Of a stretch of DNA of 64,000 nucleotides, positions 38,971 through 50,687 are shown piece by piece. The notes beneath the pieces are model-generated. The model ran no database searches and was not told the origin of the DNA. It saw only the letters and a program-made list of their open reading frames with translations. The stretch's first letter is position 1, and each line of letters begins with the position of its first letter. Origin of the DNA: Vicugna vicugna (taxonomy: Eukaryota); NCBI GenBank assembly GCA_013265495.1, contig MU057576.1, forward strand, positions 158,982 to 222,981. The letters run 5' to 3'. The position numbers were made by a program, and so were the translations under genes.

Positions 38971-40232
38971 CTGGGAAACAGAGACAGCACGTGGGCAGGT
39001 GCCGCCTGCTGTGGCCAGGGGGAGGGGGCCATGCAGGCTGGCAGGGAAGGCCCACAGCGGCAGCAGACGCCCTTCCCCGGTGAGGGCAGACGCCCACCTC
39101 ACTGCTCTGCCTGCACCTTGAGGGGGCTGAACCAGGAGGAGGGGAAACACAAGCCAAGCTGCTCTCCCAGACACACACATGCACACAGAGTACTTCCGGT
39201 GCCCCTTGCTCCGGATGCTCCTAACTTTTCTCACGCACGTACTATGTAGGGACAAGGCCCTTTTCTTGGGGCTTGAAACACCAAGTTGTGTGTGAGCTCA
39301 CTTGTGCTCAGGTCAGAGGGAATGGTGCCCACTGAGCTGAGCAGCCCACCCCATTTCCTCTCTATAAAGTAATCAGAGTCTGTTACACATCACAACAGAG
39401 TCATCACTGCTTTAAGTTGTGTCTAAAGACGGTGAGAAAGGGCACTCTTCTTAGTGGAACTGAGTGCCTCACAAATATGACTCCTTTTATCCCCTCTGAG
39501 CTTTACAAGGAGGCACAGTTCCTTCAAGAATTCTACTTAGTCACTGGAACGGTCTCACTGCTCCCCTGAGCACCAGAATCACCTCCTCTCCACCATCTGG
39601 TCCCTGAAACAACAAAGCCTCCTCAAGCGACAAGTGGAAGGTCTCAGGGAGAGGAAACTCGGCCCAGCTCTTTGGATATTGTTAATTGAAAAACAAAAAA
39701 TCAGGCCATCTTCACACCCACGCCTGCTGCTCTGTGAAAATGCAGGCCTCAGCTCTACCTTTTAGAACTAAATGGGTCCATCTCAGTGTCGTCCAAGGAC
39801 CGATTTTTCTGTCATGAAGCAGGGGGTCAGGACAGAGCCCTTTTTGAAACTCGCCAATAGGGAATGAAATGTCAGAGCTTCGGGAGGAGGGAAAGGAAGT
39901 AGATGCAAGGGAGCAGTTAAGAGGCCCACTGGGCGCCTCTAGCACTAAGCTGAGGCCCCTCTGCCAGGCAGGAAGACAGGTGCAAAAGCACAGGTCCCTG
40001 CATGGGGGCCGGGTGTCCCCAGGGACCCCGAGTCACTTTGGTAGGCAGCACGTTCAACACAGACGAGCGTGGAGACTACCCGGCAAGTGACATCGAGCCG
40101 TAGGCCCACCGTGGCCCACGCCGGGTAAGACCCTCCCGTCATCCACATTTGAAGGGTGCCTCTTCCTCACTCCCCAGACTGCCTGTCCGCCCTTCTGAAG
40201 ACCCAGTGAACAGAGAAGGGCCCACAGCTTAC

Positions 40233-40388
40233 CCTTCAATATCTGAAACATCCTTGGTCTCAAAGTGGCCTGTGGCGAGGAGTTCAGGGCTGAGCTTCCC
40301 CCCAAAAAGCAGCTCCTCCTTGGCCATCTTCACTAGAATAAGCCTCACCAGCTCCCCCATATACATTCCACTGATCATCTTCTCAAAT
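40233..40388 (-). CDS. HK2: HK2 exon 8 (156 nt) [52 protein letters not shown]
   Basis: cag/gtaagc junctions; FEKMISGMY motif. Confidence 0.96.
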
Positions 40389-40400
40389 CTGCAGGGAGAT

Positions 40401-40492
40401 ACACATATATATATGCATTCCTGGGACACTGTGCTGAACATCAGAAACTGACACATTGTAACTGACTGTATGTCAATTTAAGAAAAAAAAAA
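40401..40492 (+). mobile_element. L1 3' tip with poly(A), abutting the exon-8 acceptor
   Basis: gggacactgtgctgaacatcagaaactgacacattgtaactgactg...aaaa; matches 15338-15405 and 13460-13533. Confidence 0.85.
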
Positions 40493-42569
40493 GGAACTCT
40501 TATGTAGAACCTCAATATTTATTTACAGGGTGGGGGGATGATCTGATTAAATCTGAGGCCCAGGCCCAGCAACTTATCACCTCACATAGCCCTTCCCTTC
40601 ACAGGCCACTTGTGGATTCCTGAGAAAACTGTGAAAACCTGGGACGGGAGGAGAATGGCGCAAAGGTAGGTGGGCAGGTCGGGGCAGGTGAGAAGGACCT
40701 TAAATGGTCTTGGCAATCTGAGGCAGGCTGGAAGCTTCCAAGCAGGCAGGTGACAAATAGCTGAGAGGGCAGCTGGGTAATTTATTTTTGTCAACACTAG
40801 GTGACACTGTTTTCTTTAGAAGACACTGGCTCAGACTATGTAACAGGAGAAAGCAAATCCTCACAATTCTTTCTAGCCAAAAAGGCTCTTTCTTGGTATC
40901 TTAGAAAGATACCAAGGGTCCTGGAGAGAGAAGGCAGTCGGGCTTCTGGACACTAACACACCAGCCTTCAGGGAGGAGGCCCAGACAGGGGTGTGGAAGG
41001 GATTCCAGTGTCACCAGGTGTGAAATACAAGAGGGGAGGCCGGACCCTCAGGAAGCGACCTGCTCAAGACCGAAGGCTGGGAGCTAAGTGCACAACTGAC
41101 CAAGTGCTCGAGCAGAAGGTTTGTTTGCAACGTCTAAGCACCAGCACGGGCACACTGCCCCGCTTCAACAGTGAGAATTCGTGTGTCTGCTTTTGCACCT
41201 TCTCCCAGAGCAGTTGGTTCTATGAGACTGAGGGGAGGGGGCCAGTGGGGCTCTGCAGTGTGGCTAATAAAAACTCTTATTTCACTTTGCTAGTATGTAT
41301 GTATGTATGTATGTATGTGTTTATATTTTTATTTTTTTGTTTTTTAAAACATTCTTTGTTTCAGTCAAGGCTTGGAAAATATTTATCTAGAAACATATAA
41401 AGAGTGAAGAAAAGTTCCCACTCAGCCCAACTTCAGGGACAGCTGACACATTGGTATATATCCTCCCAGCGTATTTTTTGCTTTGCTTTGCTTTGAGCAG
41501 CTTTTCAGTCCATAAAATTTCTCACTAGCCATGGCCAGCTCAGCCAGTCGCCTATGGAAGTTCCAAGTAAATGGGCTAACATTTCCACGTGTGAGAGAAG
41601 CTTGTGACTTAAATAAACTATGCTTTCAGGAAGCAAGGAAAACCCCTTCCCCCCATAAAGAAAAAGGTTCTTTTTTACAAAGCTGGTTTATAGGGGTAGA
41701 GTTTCCCCTCTAAGTGGGGATCAGTGGTGAAAGGTTCTCTGCAACAGTCGCAGCACCAGTAAGACCAGAGAGGGCCTGATTGCTCAAAACATTTTGTAAC
41801 TGCCTTCAGAGCTTACAGCAACCCCTGTTTCAGGATCTTTAGTAAGGACATTGGGCAAACGTCTGTGAGAGTGAGATAATGTCTTGTAAGAGTCAAAAGT
41901 AACTAATAACCAAGTCTGACCAGGCTGGAGAATGTAACATTCAGGGTCCAAAATGCTACGGTCCCTCCTCCAGTCCACTCCAGGGCCCAGGCTGGACCAC
42001 AGGTCCAGAGAAGGTGGCCAAAGGGGCTCCTTAAAACCAACTTTTCCACAGGCCTTGGGTCTGTCTCCAGCTGGGTCGGGAGGCCCTGGGGCCCCTGGGA
42101 CCTGGCCTAGCTCACAGGCAGCCCTGCCAGGGGTCTGAGTCAGAGCCTCAGCCAGTGCTTAGGAGCCAACGGTCACAGCCCCATCGTCCGGGCAGTGACG
42201 GGGGTGGGAGCTTTGAAAGGAGCATTCAGACGCCTAATCTTGGCCATCTCAACGTGACTTTTCTTACTTGGAGCACAGACTGTTTCTATGGGCAACTCAT
42301 AAACGGAAGGCGGCATGAAAGAGCAGGGCCACACACGTAGTAGACTACGACCTCCTAAAATGACAGCTCTGAGAGACGCAGCCAAATCATTACCTATAAT
42401 CCAGTCTGTCTGCCTGCACGACATTCCTGCAACCAGGGCGCAGGTGCCTTGGCAACTTTGGGGGGAGGGGTGGTGCTATAAGACTACATATAAAGTGAAG
42501 CCGAGAACCACCCTCCACCTCAGCTCCTGAGCCACCCCCAAGCCCGCCGCCCGCAGGGGGCCTGCTCAC

Positions 42570-42753
42570 AGCTGCTTCCCGGGGTTCAGAGAGCCCATGT
42601 CGATCTCCTGGTCAAACTCGGTGCGGATGTCGTCCAGCGCGCCATCATCCCCAAAGGCCCCCCACTCCATGTTGATGCACATCCGCCCCTCGTCGCCCTC
42701 CACCGTGTCGATGTGGCGCATCTCCTCCATGTAGCAGGCGTTGCTGCCCGTGC
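42570..42753 (-). CDS. HK2: HK2 exon 7 (184 nt) [35 protein letters not shown]...NPGKQL
   Basis: cag/gtgagc junctions; GTGSNACY and NMEWGAFG motifs. Confidence 0.96.
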
Positions 42754-43064
42754 CTGGATGACACAGGGGACTGCTCAGCACCGTCCTCCCCCAGCCCCCA
42801 GTGCCCATCTTGTACCACTGTCCTGAGACTGCCTAGGGGCGCTGGTGGTCCTCGGTGCAGACTCCTGGGGCATCCCAACACGGTCCAACCCAGCACCACC
42901 CCCAACTCCACAAGTCCTGGCTCAGCCCTCCAAAGTGACTGCATCATTAGCTTCTAATATGAATTACCGAGGAACACCCAGGCCTTGGATCCCTCCTCGT
43001 CTCCAGCCCACCCCCACCCACACCCACGGGCCGGCACTGGCCCTCACACCCAGTGCTCACGCAC

Positions 43065-43164
43065 CCACAATGAGACCGATCTCGCAGTTCTGGTCATCGT
43101 AACCACAGGTCATCATGGTCCCCACTGTGTCGTTCACCACGGCCACAATGTCGATATCAAAGTC
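43065..43164 (-). CDS. HK2: HK2 exon 6 (100 nt) [33 protein letters not shown]
   Basis: cag/gtgcgt junctions; catalytic VNDT motif of the N-half. Confidence 0.96.
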
Positions 43165-43877
43165 CTGCAGGGATGAAAGAGGGGCTCTGTCTTTCACCGA
43201 CACAGAAAGGTTACAGACATGAAGACAGAGCACGGGAAGACACACAGCTCAAGTGCGCAGGGCTGCCCTCACTGACCCTGCTCAAAGCCAAAGAAGGTTA
43301 GAGCTGGAAATCAGGTCCAGAGCCCGTCTACCAGCAGCATCTCGCTTCCCACCTGCTTGTCCTCACCACGGAGGACCTAGAGCAGTCCAGCACACAGCAT
43401 CCCTGTGCTGGGAAGAGCCCGTCTTGTCATCCTTGACTTCCTCTCATTCTCTTTCTTCTTTTCTTTCTCTCTGTCCCTCCCTCCCTCCTTCCCAGAAGGT
43501 CTTGTGTGACAAGACCTGTATCATGTCCTTTCTCTGCCCCATTCCACCCTCATACCAAGAGCACCCCCACTTTCTTGTTTGAAAATGACATTCAAGTCTC
43601 ATTCAGGTTAAGAGCTAAAGGGTTCTTCTTGCACCAAGGCTAAGACTCGTTATCCATCATGCTAATCTGAAGGCCCCAAAGGCATCTGATCAGTGACCCG
43701 GAGGTCACCGGGGTGCTAACTCTGTCAATATAGGTATGTCATTCTGCAGCACACCTTAAACTTACACAGAGCTGTATCTCAATAAAACTGGAAGAAAAAA
43801 AGAAAAAAAAAGATAAGATTATTGGGTAAAAATAGCAGAGGAGAAAAGAAGACCTCTCCTCTTTAAGAATCACAAAA

Positions 43878-44036
43878 GGGGGAGGGGATAGTTCAGTGGA
43901 GTAGAGCATGTGCTTAGCATGTACAAGGTCCTGGGTTCAATCCCCAGTACCTCTGTTAAAAAATATGTATTTTTTTAAATAAATAAATAAACCTCATGAC
44001 CTCCCCCAACGAAAAACAAGTTAAAAAAAAAAAAAG
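43878..44036 (+). mobile_element. Vic-1-type SINE (intron 5)
   Basis: TSD aagaatcacaaaa. Confidence 0.88.
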
Positions 44037-44162
44037 AATCACAAAAGATTCTCATGCTGATTTGAGGGCAGAGAGGGAAAGACTTCAGAGTGGGCCCCAA
44101 AGAATGAAAAGTGCTTCCAGTCCCCAAGCTCCTGTCTGCCCATCTCTGCTGCCACCACTCAC

Positions 44163-44258
44163 CCCTCTTCTCTGGATGGCCTTCCGGATCAGAGTGACCA
44201 CATCTTTCCCTTCCACACCACTGGACTTGAACCCCTTGGTCCACGAAACCAGGAAACT
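44163..44258 (-). CDS. HK2: HK2 exon 5 (96 nt) [32 protein letters not shown]
   Basis: cag/gtgagt junctions; WTKGF motif. Confidence 0.96.
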
Positions 44259-44855
44259 CTGGAAAAGGAACAAGGAATATTGATTCCACACAAAACTCAG
44301 GCCACGCCCCTCTAACAACCATCATTAGGACCCCTCTGCCATGAGGCTAAACAGGTCATGACTGAATTTGTGTATTGCTTCCTGTCTAGCCTAGGAAGGA
44401 GAAACTCGGTCAAAGACCAAGAAAAGAGATTAAATGAATGATTTACTGCCCTGAGAAGTGGAAGCAGCAGGCTACTGAGCTGCCAAAATAAGATGCTCGT
44501 TTCCAAACATCCTTAACTGTCAAGGGTCCTTATCACAGCACTTCAGAACAAAGGCGTCCCTGACGCACTTCTCATTCCTGTTTCCCTAAGAGGAATAAGG
44601 GTAATGTGCAATGTATGTGGGGTTGCACATTGTCATTTGAGGGGAGAGTGATAAAGACCCCCCTTCTCTGGTGCCTCTTTAGCATCCCCCCAACACACAC
44701 CTACACACATGCACCCAGCAATACTCAAACGTTGTCCACAGCATCCATCAGAGCCACCCCCTACACCACAGTAGCAGGTGGCTGAGAGTTCTTCCCAGTC
44801 CTTCCTCCCAGCCCAAAGAATGCAGCAACAAAAGTGTCTGAAGAATTCATCTTAC

Positions 44856-44975
44856 CTCGTCTAGTTTTGTTTGGATGCAGGGAAATGAGAAGGTAAAACC
44901 CAAAGGGAGCTTCTTGTCTTTGATCTGTAGCTTCTCCATGAAGTTAGCCAGGCATTCAGCAATGTGGTCAAACAG
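44856..44975 (-). CDS. HK2: HK2 exon 4 (120 nt) [40 protein letters not shown]
   Basis: tag acceptor, gtaaga donor; hexokinase signature LGFTFSFP; translated by hand. Confidence 0.96.
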
Positions 44976-46050
44976 CTAAGGGCACACAACACAGGAAGAT
45001 GAGCAGGGAGGCAGAACGGTAGAGAGATTAAGAGCGGGGACTTTCGGCTCAGAAAGGAACTAGCTGAATGTGTGCAGGATATGCATTCCTTCTGAGGCTT
45101 TAATTTGTTCATCTGTGAAATGGGGGTGATAACTGTACATGCCCATGAGCTCCCAAAAGGATTAAGTGAGTTAATACATATAAGGCCTTAACACCAGCTA
45201 ATGATTATTAAATACTGCCTGCTACTTAAGGCCTTTATCCAAACCACCATCAAAATAATCCGATGAGGCAGGGGAAATCACAGCCAAAGCCAATCAGACG
45301 GTCATCGCAGGCCCTGGGAACAGAACATCCTTTGGTGGCTCTGTCAGAACCTCCCTTGACATGGGTGCACAGCTGACTGTCTTACCAGAAAGGGCAGCCC
45401 ATCTCACTGCCAAGAAGTGTTTTAGCCTCCTTGTCTTGTGTGACTGGGGGAGGGGACGGGACATTCTCTGTTGGCATTCTATAAACGAACTTCACAAAAA
45501 TAAGTAACTTTTATATTTTTCCTCCATTCTAGAAAACTAATTTCCTGGGGACAATTCAAAGTTATGGTTGTTTTTCTGACTTCAACATGGAATATCCAGT
45601 GAGTCCATAAAGGGCGCTGAAGAATAAATAGGGTTTGGGGGATGGACAGCCTCCCACCTGTGACTATTCTAAGCAGGACCAAAAGCTCCTGGGGAAAACC
45701 TTAAACCTAAAAAAAAAGCTGTAGTCACAATTACTCCACAAACCCCACAGCCCCATCCATGGCTTCCTTCTTGCCCACTCAGCATTTCCAAAGAGAAGTT
45801 GGTGACCACTCCAGACACGCAGAGGCTGAGAGCAGGAGCATTCTGGTACAAAAAGGAAGCAAAAGTCAAAGAGACTGAGCAGATTCCAAGGGCCAGGTTG
45901 ACCAGATGGCAAAATCGAGAAACCAAGGGAGGTTAACAAGGACAACATTCGTTTTTCTCTCCAGGCAGAAGCAAGAAAGTTTCCACTAAATCAGGGCTTC
46001 CCAAAATGTGGTCCACTGCAGCATCACCATGTTCTAAAGGCAAATTCTAC

Positions 46051-46481
46051 GGCCCAAACGAAAACCTGCTGAATCAGAAATGGTTGAGAGGTGCACTGGC
46101 TCCCCAGATGTCTCGGGTATGCTCAGTGGGAGGGATCGGGGAAGACGAGGCCACCGCCATCTAGAAGGCGGCCGGCTGTAACTGAACTTCCCGCATCAGT
46201 CCTGGCCATTTGTTGGACCACGTGCAAAATTAACCTCAGCTGATGCTGAAACGCTCAATCTCCAAAGGCCCAAACGAAAACCTGCTAAATCAGAAATGGT
46301 TGAGAGGTGCACTGGCTCCCCAGAGTCTCGGGTATGCTCAGTGGGAGGGATCGGGGAAGACGAGGCCACCGCCATCTAGAAGGCGGCCGGCAGTAACTGA
46401 ACTTCCTGCATCAGTCCTGGCCATTTGTTGGACCACGTGCAAAATTAACCTCAGCTGATGCTGAAACGCTCAATCTCCAAA
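46051..46481. repeat. 216-bp tandem duplication in intron 3
   Basis: 46051-46266 vs 46267-46481, ~4 differences. Confidence 0.92.
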
Positions 46482-48435
46482 CCAAAACATTCTCAAGAGC
46501 AAAGGCTGGGCAATGTCAGGGTTCTCTCACTGAGAAGACCCCCAAAGCACCGGTGCCAGCTCCCTGGAGCAGAGGTCAAGTCTTTTAATATGTAAATAGG
46601 ATTTCTAGATAGATATTCAGCAAGTTCTACTCTTCTGTTTGGAAGCCGATCAGAGACAAAATTTATAATAGAGTTAAACAAATTGCCAGCATCCTCTTCC
46701 TGGTTCTCTAGTCAAAATGGTCTTTAACACAATAGATCTTTTCTTCCTTAACTTTAATTTTTTTTTTAGTACAGTAGATCTTATCCAAAAAATAAGGGAG
46801 TTGCAGAAGCTGCGCAAAGAGATAAGGCCAATCATCAGAGGTGGGGGGCGGGGAGCCAAATGGTTCCCCCTACTCAGCCCCGATCACTGCTCTTTCCAAC
46901 TGCACTACCAACAGGGGGAGGCAGAAAGAAAAGAGGCAGTGAAGAGGCATTAATTAATGTGTTGCCCCATATAGCAGCCATGAGAACTCTGCGGCTATGT
47001 CAACTAATTAGAATTTTTAGGGAACCTGGTGCTAAACCATTCCTAGATGACCTGTGTCTGGGTCGGGTATTCGTACACAGCACAGCAGCTTCCTCCCTGC
47101 GATCTACTGAACGTCAGCCCTCGACACAAGGGTTTGGAGAGAAAAGAAAACATTTTTAAAAAGAAAACTAAGATTTTTTTTAAAAAAAATGAATTAAAAA
47201 AAATTAAAAAGTCACTTCCTCAATCACACTAGTTGTATGTCAAGTGCTCAGTGCTACAGGCAGCTGGGAGCTGCCTCACCACACAGGGCAGATACCGAAT
47301 ATTCCACTACTGCGAAACGTTGTACCGGGCGGTGCTGGGTGTGAATAATCTGCAGCTCTTTAAAAGTGGGGAAAAGGAGACCATCTACTTCCTTTACTGG
47401 AAGACTACTCCTTTCCTGTTAGCTGGTGATCTAAGGGTAAGATACGGGAAGAAAGAGCTAACACCCTTCTGCCATAAAAAGGCTCAAAGGGCATCATCTT
47501 CTCGATAGGTTTTCTTTTCCTTATTGGTCTCAGGATCTGCTCACCCTCCTTCCCAGGACACACTTATAGCAAATTGCTATTACAATTTGCAATTCACTGC
47601 TCTCCAGTGGAATTCCATGCGTCAGGAGACAGATTTTGTCCAGGGACCCCCCCTGTCCAGGTTCACAGGCCTTCAGAAACCTCTGCAAAGCTCTGAGTTT
47701 TTGGTCTCGGTTTTAACTAAACTTTATTTTTTAAATCCATTTGTTTCCTCTAATTAAAAGATTGATACCTAAGATTTAATTTAAAAAAAAGGAAAGGAAA
47801 AAGGAATGTAGCGCCAGTAATCCCACCACTGAAACAGCCGCTGTGAGTTTCTTCCCATCTTTATACCAAGTGTTCTCTGCTGCTTTAGGACAATAGAGAT
47901 CTTTCCCTTCCAGGATTAAGCACCTATATTTTCTAGTTTTCTTTGTTTCACTTTTTATATAGCATTTTTCCCCATTTATTTGAAGGCTTTTTAATATCAC
48001 AATAGTTTCATAGTTTCTTCCGGAACGGTCTCAGATTTTTCCTGGACTGAAACATTTTGTTTTTATATACTGGGGCTGTGTGACGACCTCAGCAGCGCTC
48101 AAATCCCACAGTCCCAGGGACTTAGCCTTCCTTGTCCAACCCCAGCATTAAAACAAGGAAAGTAGTAGGTTTACCCTGAGGGCCACCCCCAAGGACATGG
48201 AAAGGGTCTAAAAATATCTCCCCCACGTGTTCTATTCTTGGTCCAAAATTCCTTTCCCAGGAGGTGGCCTGCTGTGGCGGGAAGAATAGTGCACTAGGGA
48301 TGAGAAGGGCCACCCCTTCCAAGCTCTGAGTCTCAAGAGGAAGACTGTCTTACTTGGATTTCATTTCCTCCATTCACCCTTTGATTGAGTGCATAGTAGG
48401 CACAATAAACTGCAGCAGGAAGAGCCAGCGCTCAA

Positions 48436-48553
48436 GCCGAGAGTGATCCCTGTAGCCGAGAATGATCCCTGTAACGGAGAGTGATCCCTATAATGGAGAG
48501 TGATCCCTATAGCCGAGAGTGATCCCTGTAGCTGAGAGTGATCCCTGTAGCTG
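48436..48553. repeat. Minisatellite, 19-bp unit (gccgagagtgatccctgta) x6
   Basis: Six consecutive units with minor variants. Confidence 0.92.
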
Positions 48554-49239
48554 TTCTAATATCCAGGAATGTCTTCAGTGGTTCCTATCCATGGGCTGAA
48601 GGCAGCTAGAGAAGGAGTAGAAAGAACATCCCAAGGGAGCTTTTGCAGAGCCAGTGAAAGGGGACACCTAAGAGCAGAGAACAATGGCCGGACCTGCGGC
48701 CATCTCCCACCAGCCGGAGACCCCTGGTGTGGTGGCGGCAATGCGCCCTCTGTAGGAGGGCTCTCTGGGGGCACTCTCGAGAGGCGGAGACTGCCCTGCA
48801 GGATCTCCTGTCTCCAGAAGCATCAGCCCCTTTGGGGAGTTCTTCCTACTTTGGAAGCAGGGACAGGTAGTCGGGACCCAGGACCACCACGTTCCTAATT
48901 CCAGGTAGCACCACCATTCCCACAGACCACATCACGTGGCCTAAAAAGTGGAAGGAGCCCCCAAGAGTTGCACGAACAAGCTCCAATCATAGGGATCTGC
49001 TTTGTGTCTTGCCTCTGGCCCCTCCCACTCCTGTAAGGCCAAGTCACTCAGTCTTTCAAAGCCCAATTCCACAACTGTAAAGTGGAAACACAGGTGCACT
49101 CAGCCTTAGGGCTAGTATGAGGATAAAATGAGAAAATCCATACAAAGCGCTTTTGCTCAGCCTGACGCACAACAGGTTATCTGTGTCAGCCCCTCCTCCT
49201 GATGGTTCTCATCCACTTCAACACAACATGTATTACTTT

Positions 49240-49399
49240 CTCTTTTTTTAAAATTGTTTTTCTTTTCTTTTTCTTTTGCAGGGGTGGTAAATAGGTTTTA
49301 TTTAATTAATTTATCTTTTAACGGAGGTACTGGGGATTGAACCCAGGACCTCGGGCATACTAAGCATGCACTCTACCACTGAGCTATGCCCTGCCCCCC
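49240..49399 (-). mobile_element. Vic-1-type SINE (intron 3)
   Basis: tRNA-derived head; degenerate TSD caaca..ttactttct. Confidence 0.85.
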
Positions 49400-50538
49400 A
49401 ACACTTGTTACTTTCTGTGGGTGGGTATGTATGTCTTGGTGGTCCAGCTGGGCTTGAAGCCCTGGAAGGGAGGGACCAGGGCTTTAATTCCCAGCAAGGA
49501 TCAGTGGCCCAATGCCTAGGCGATGCTCAGTACACGTCTAGACACTATTGTGATGGCAATTTCATACTTGCTCATTTTCTTCTAGCTATTACTGAAAGGA
49601 TTCTTAGTTGGATTTCACGTTTCTTCTCCATCTGCTCTTTTACTGTGTGTCCTGAGTACAAAATGTGGCTCTGGAGGCCACGGAGATGCGGGGATGAGTA
49701 GGCATGATTGGGGCTGGTGCGGAAGCACATGGCACCACTGCAGTGCTGGCAGGACAGACACCCCAAAGCTGGAGTTTAGTGTTTTTCTCAACAGACTCCC
49801 ACCCCTCTGTGCAAAACCTCTTCTGCTTTAAAAGGTCAAAAAGAGAAAGAGAGCGCAATAACCAAAAAAGGCAAAGGGGCACGTTCCATTTTCAGGCCAT
49901 GTTATGCTAACACCTGTGAGTCGGGGGGCTGTAGAATGAGCACCATGGCCAGTGACAGTGTCGAGCCAATCATGTGCTCTACTGACGTGCTCGTCAATGA
50001 CACCACTGACCGTTAGGTGTCTGGGTGTGTTGGCCCAGCCTCCTGACAGCAGGCTTTCCTCAATAACCAGCACACGCAAGCAGGCCTCAAATCAGATGGA
50101 AGATCAAAATCCCTCCCATGTTTGAAATTTGCACCTCTTTGGGGGAAGTGATGGGAATGTTCCGTATCTTGATTGTGGTGGTGGCTTCATACGTGTACAC
50201 GTCTATCACAATTCATCAAACTGTACCTCTGAAATATGTGTAGTTTACTTTACAGAAATTAAACCACAATAAAGTTGTAAAAAAGGAAAAATCTCTCCCA
50301 CAGAAGCACATCCAGACCCAGGGGCTTCATTCACATGCTCCCTGCCCTCTGGTCACGTGCACCCCTCCAGATGGAGGCCCCCTACCTAGCCTCCAGGCGT
50401 GGAAGGGGGGCACCAGGCAAAGAGAGGATGGGAAACCCGAGCCTCAGTCAGGGTCTCCCTCTTCTGGACCACAGAGAAGGAGCGGCCTCTGCTCCCTGGG
50501 GCCCAGAGCCCGGGGCCATCCTGAGAGAATGGTCATAC

Positions 50539-50687
50539 CTGTGTGCCGCTGCCACGCATGATGTCCTCGGGGATGGCGTAGATCTGGTTCTTCATCTCCA
50601 CCTTCTGGAGCCCACTGTCCGTGACTTTCACCCAAAGCACCCGGAAGTTGGTCCCTCCGAGGTCCAGAGCCAGGAACTCTCCATGCT
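50539..50687 (-). CDS. HK2: HK2 exon 3 (149 nt) [50 protein letters not shown]
   Basis: cag acceptor, gtatga donor; ATP-binding phosphate-1 motif DLGGTNFR. Confidence 0.96.

Noticed and set aside
35606..39255. Long ORFs (240 aa, 213 aa and others) overlapping HK2 exons
   Set aside because: GC-rich read-through of exons into introns, or alternative frames; no independent gene evidence
48436..48553. CRISPR-like array
   Set aside because: No unique spacers; a eukaryotic minisatellite
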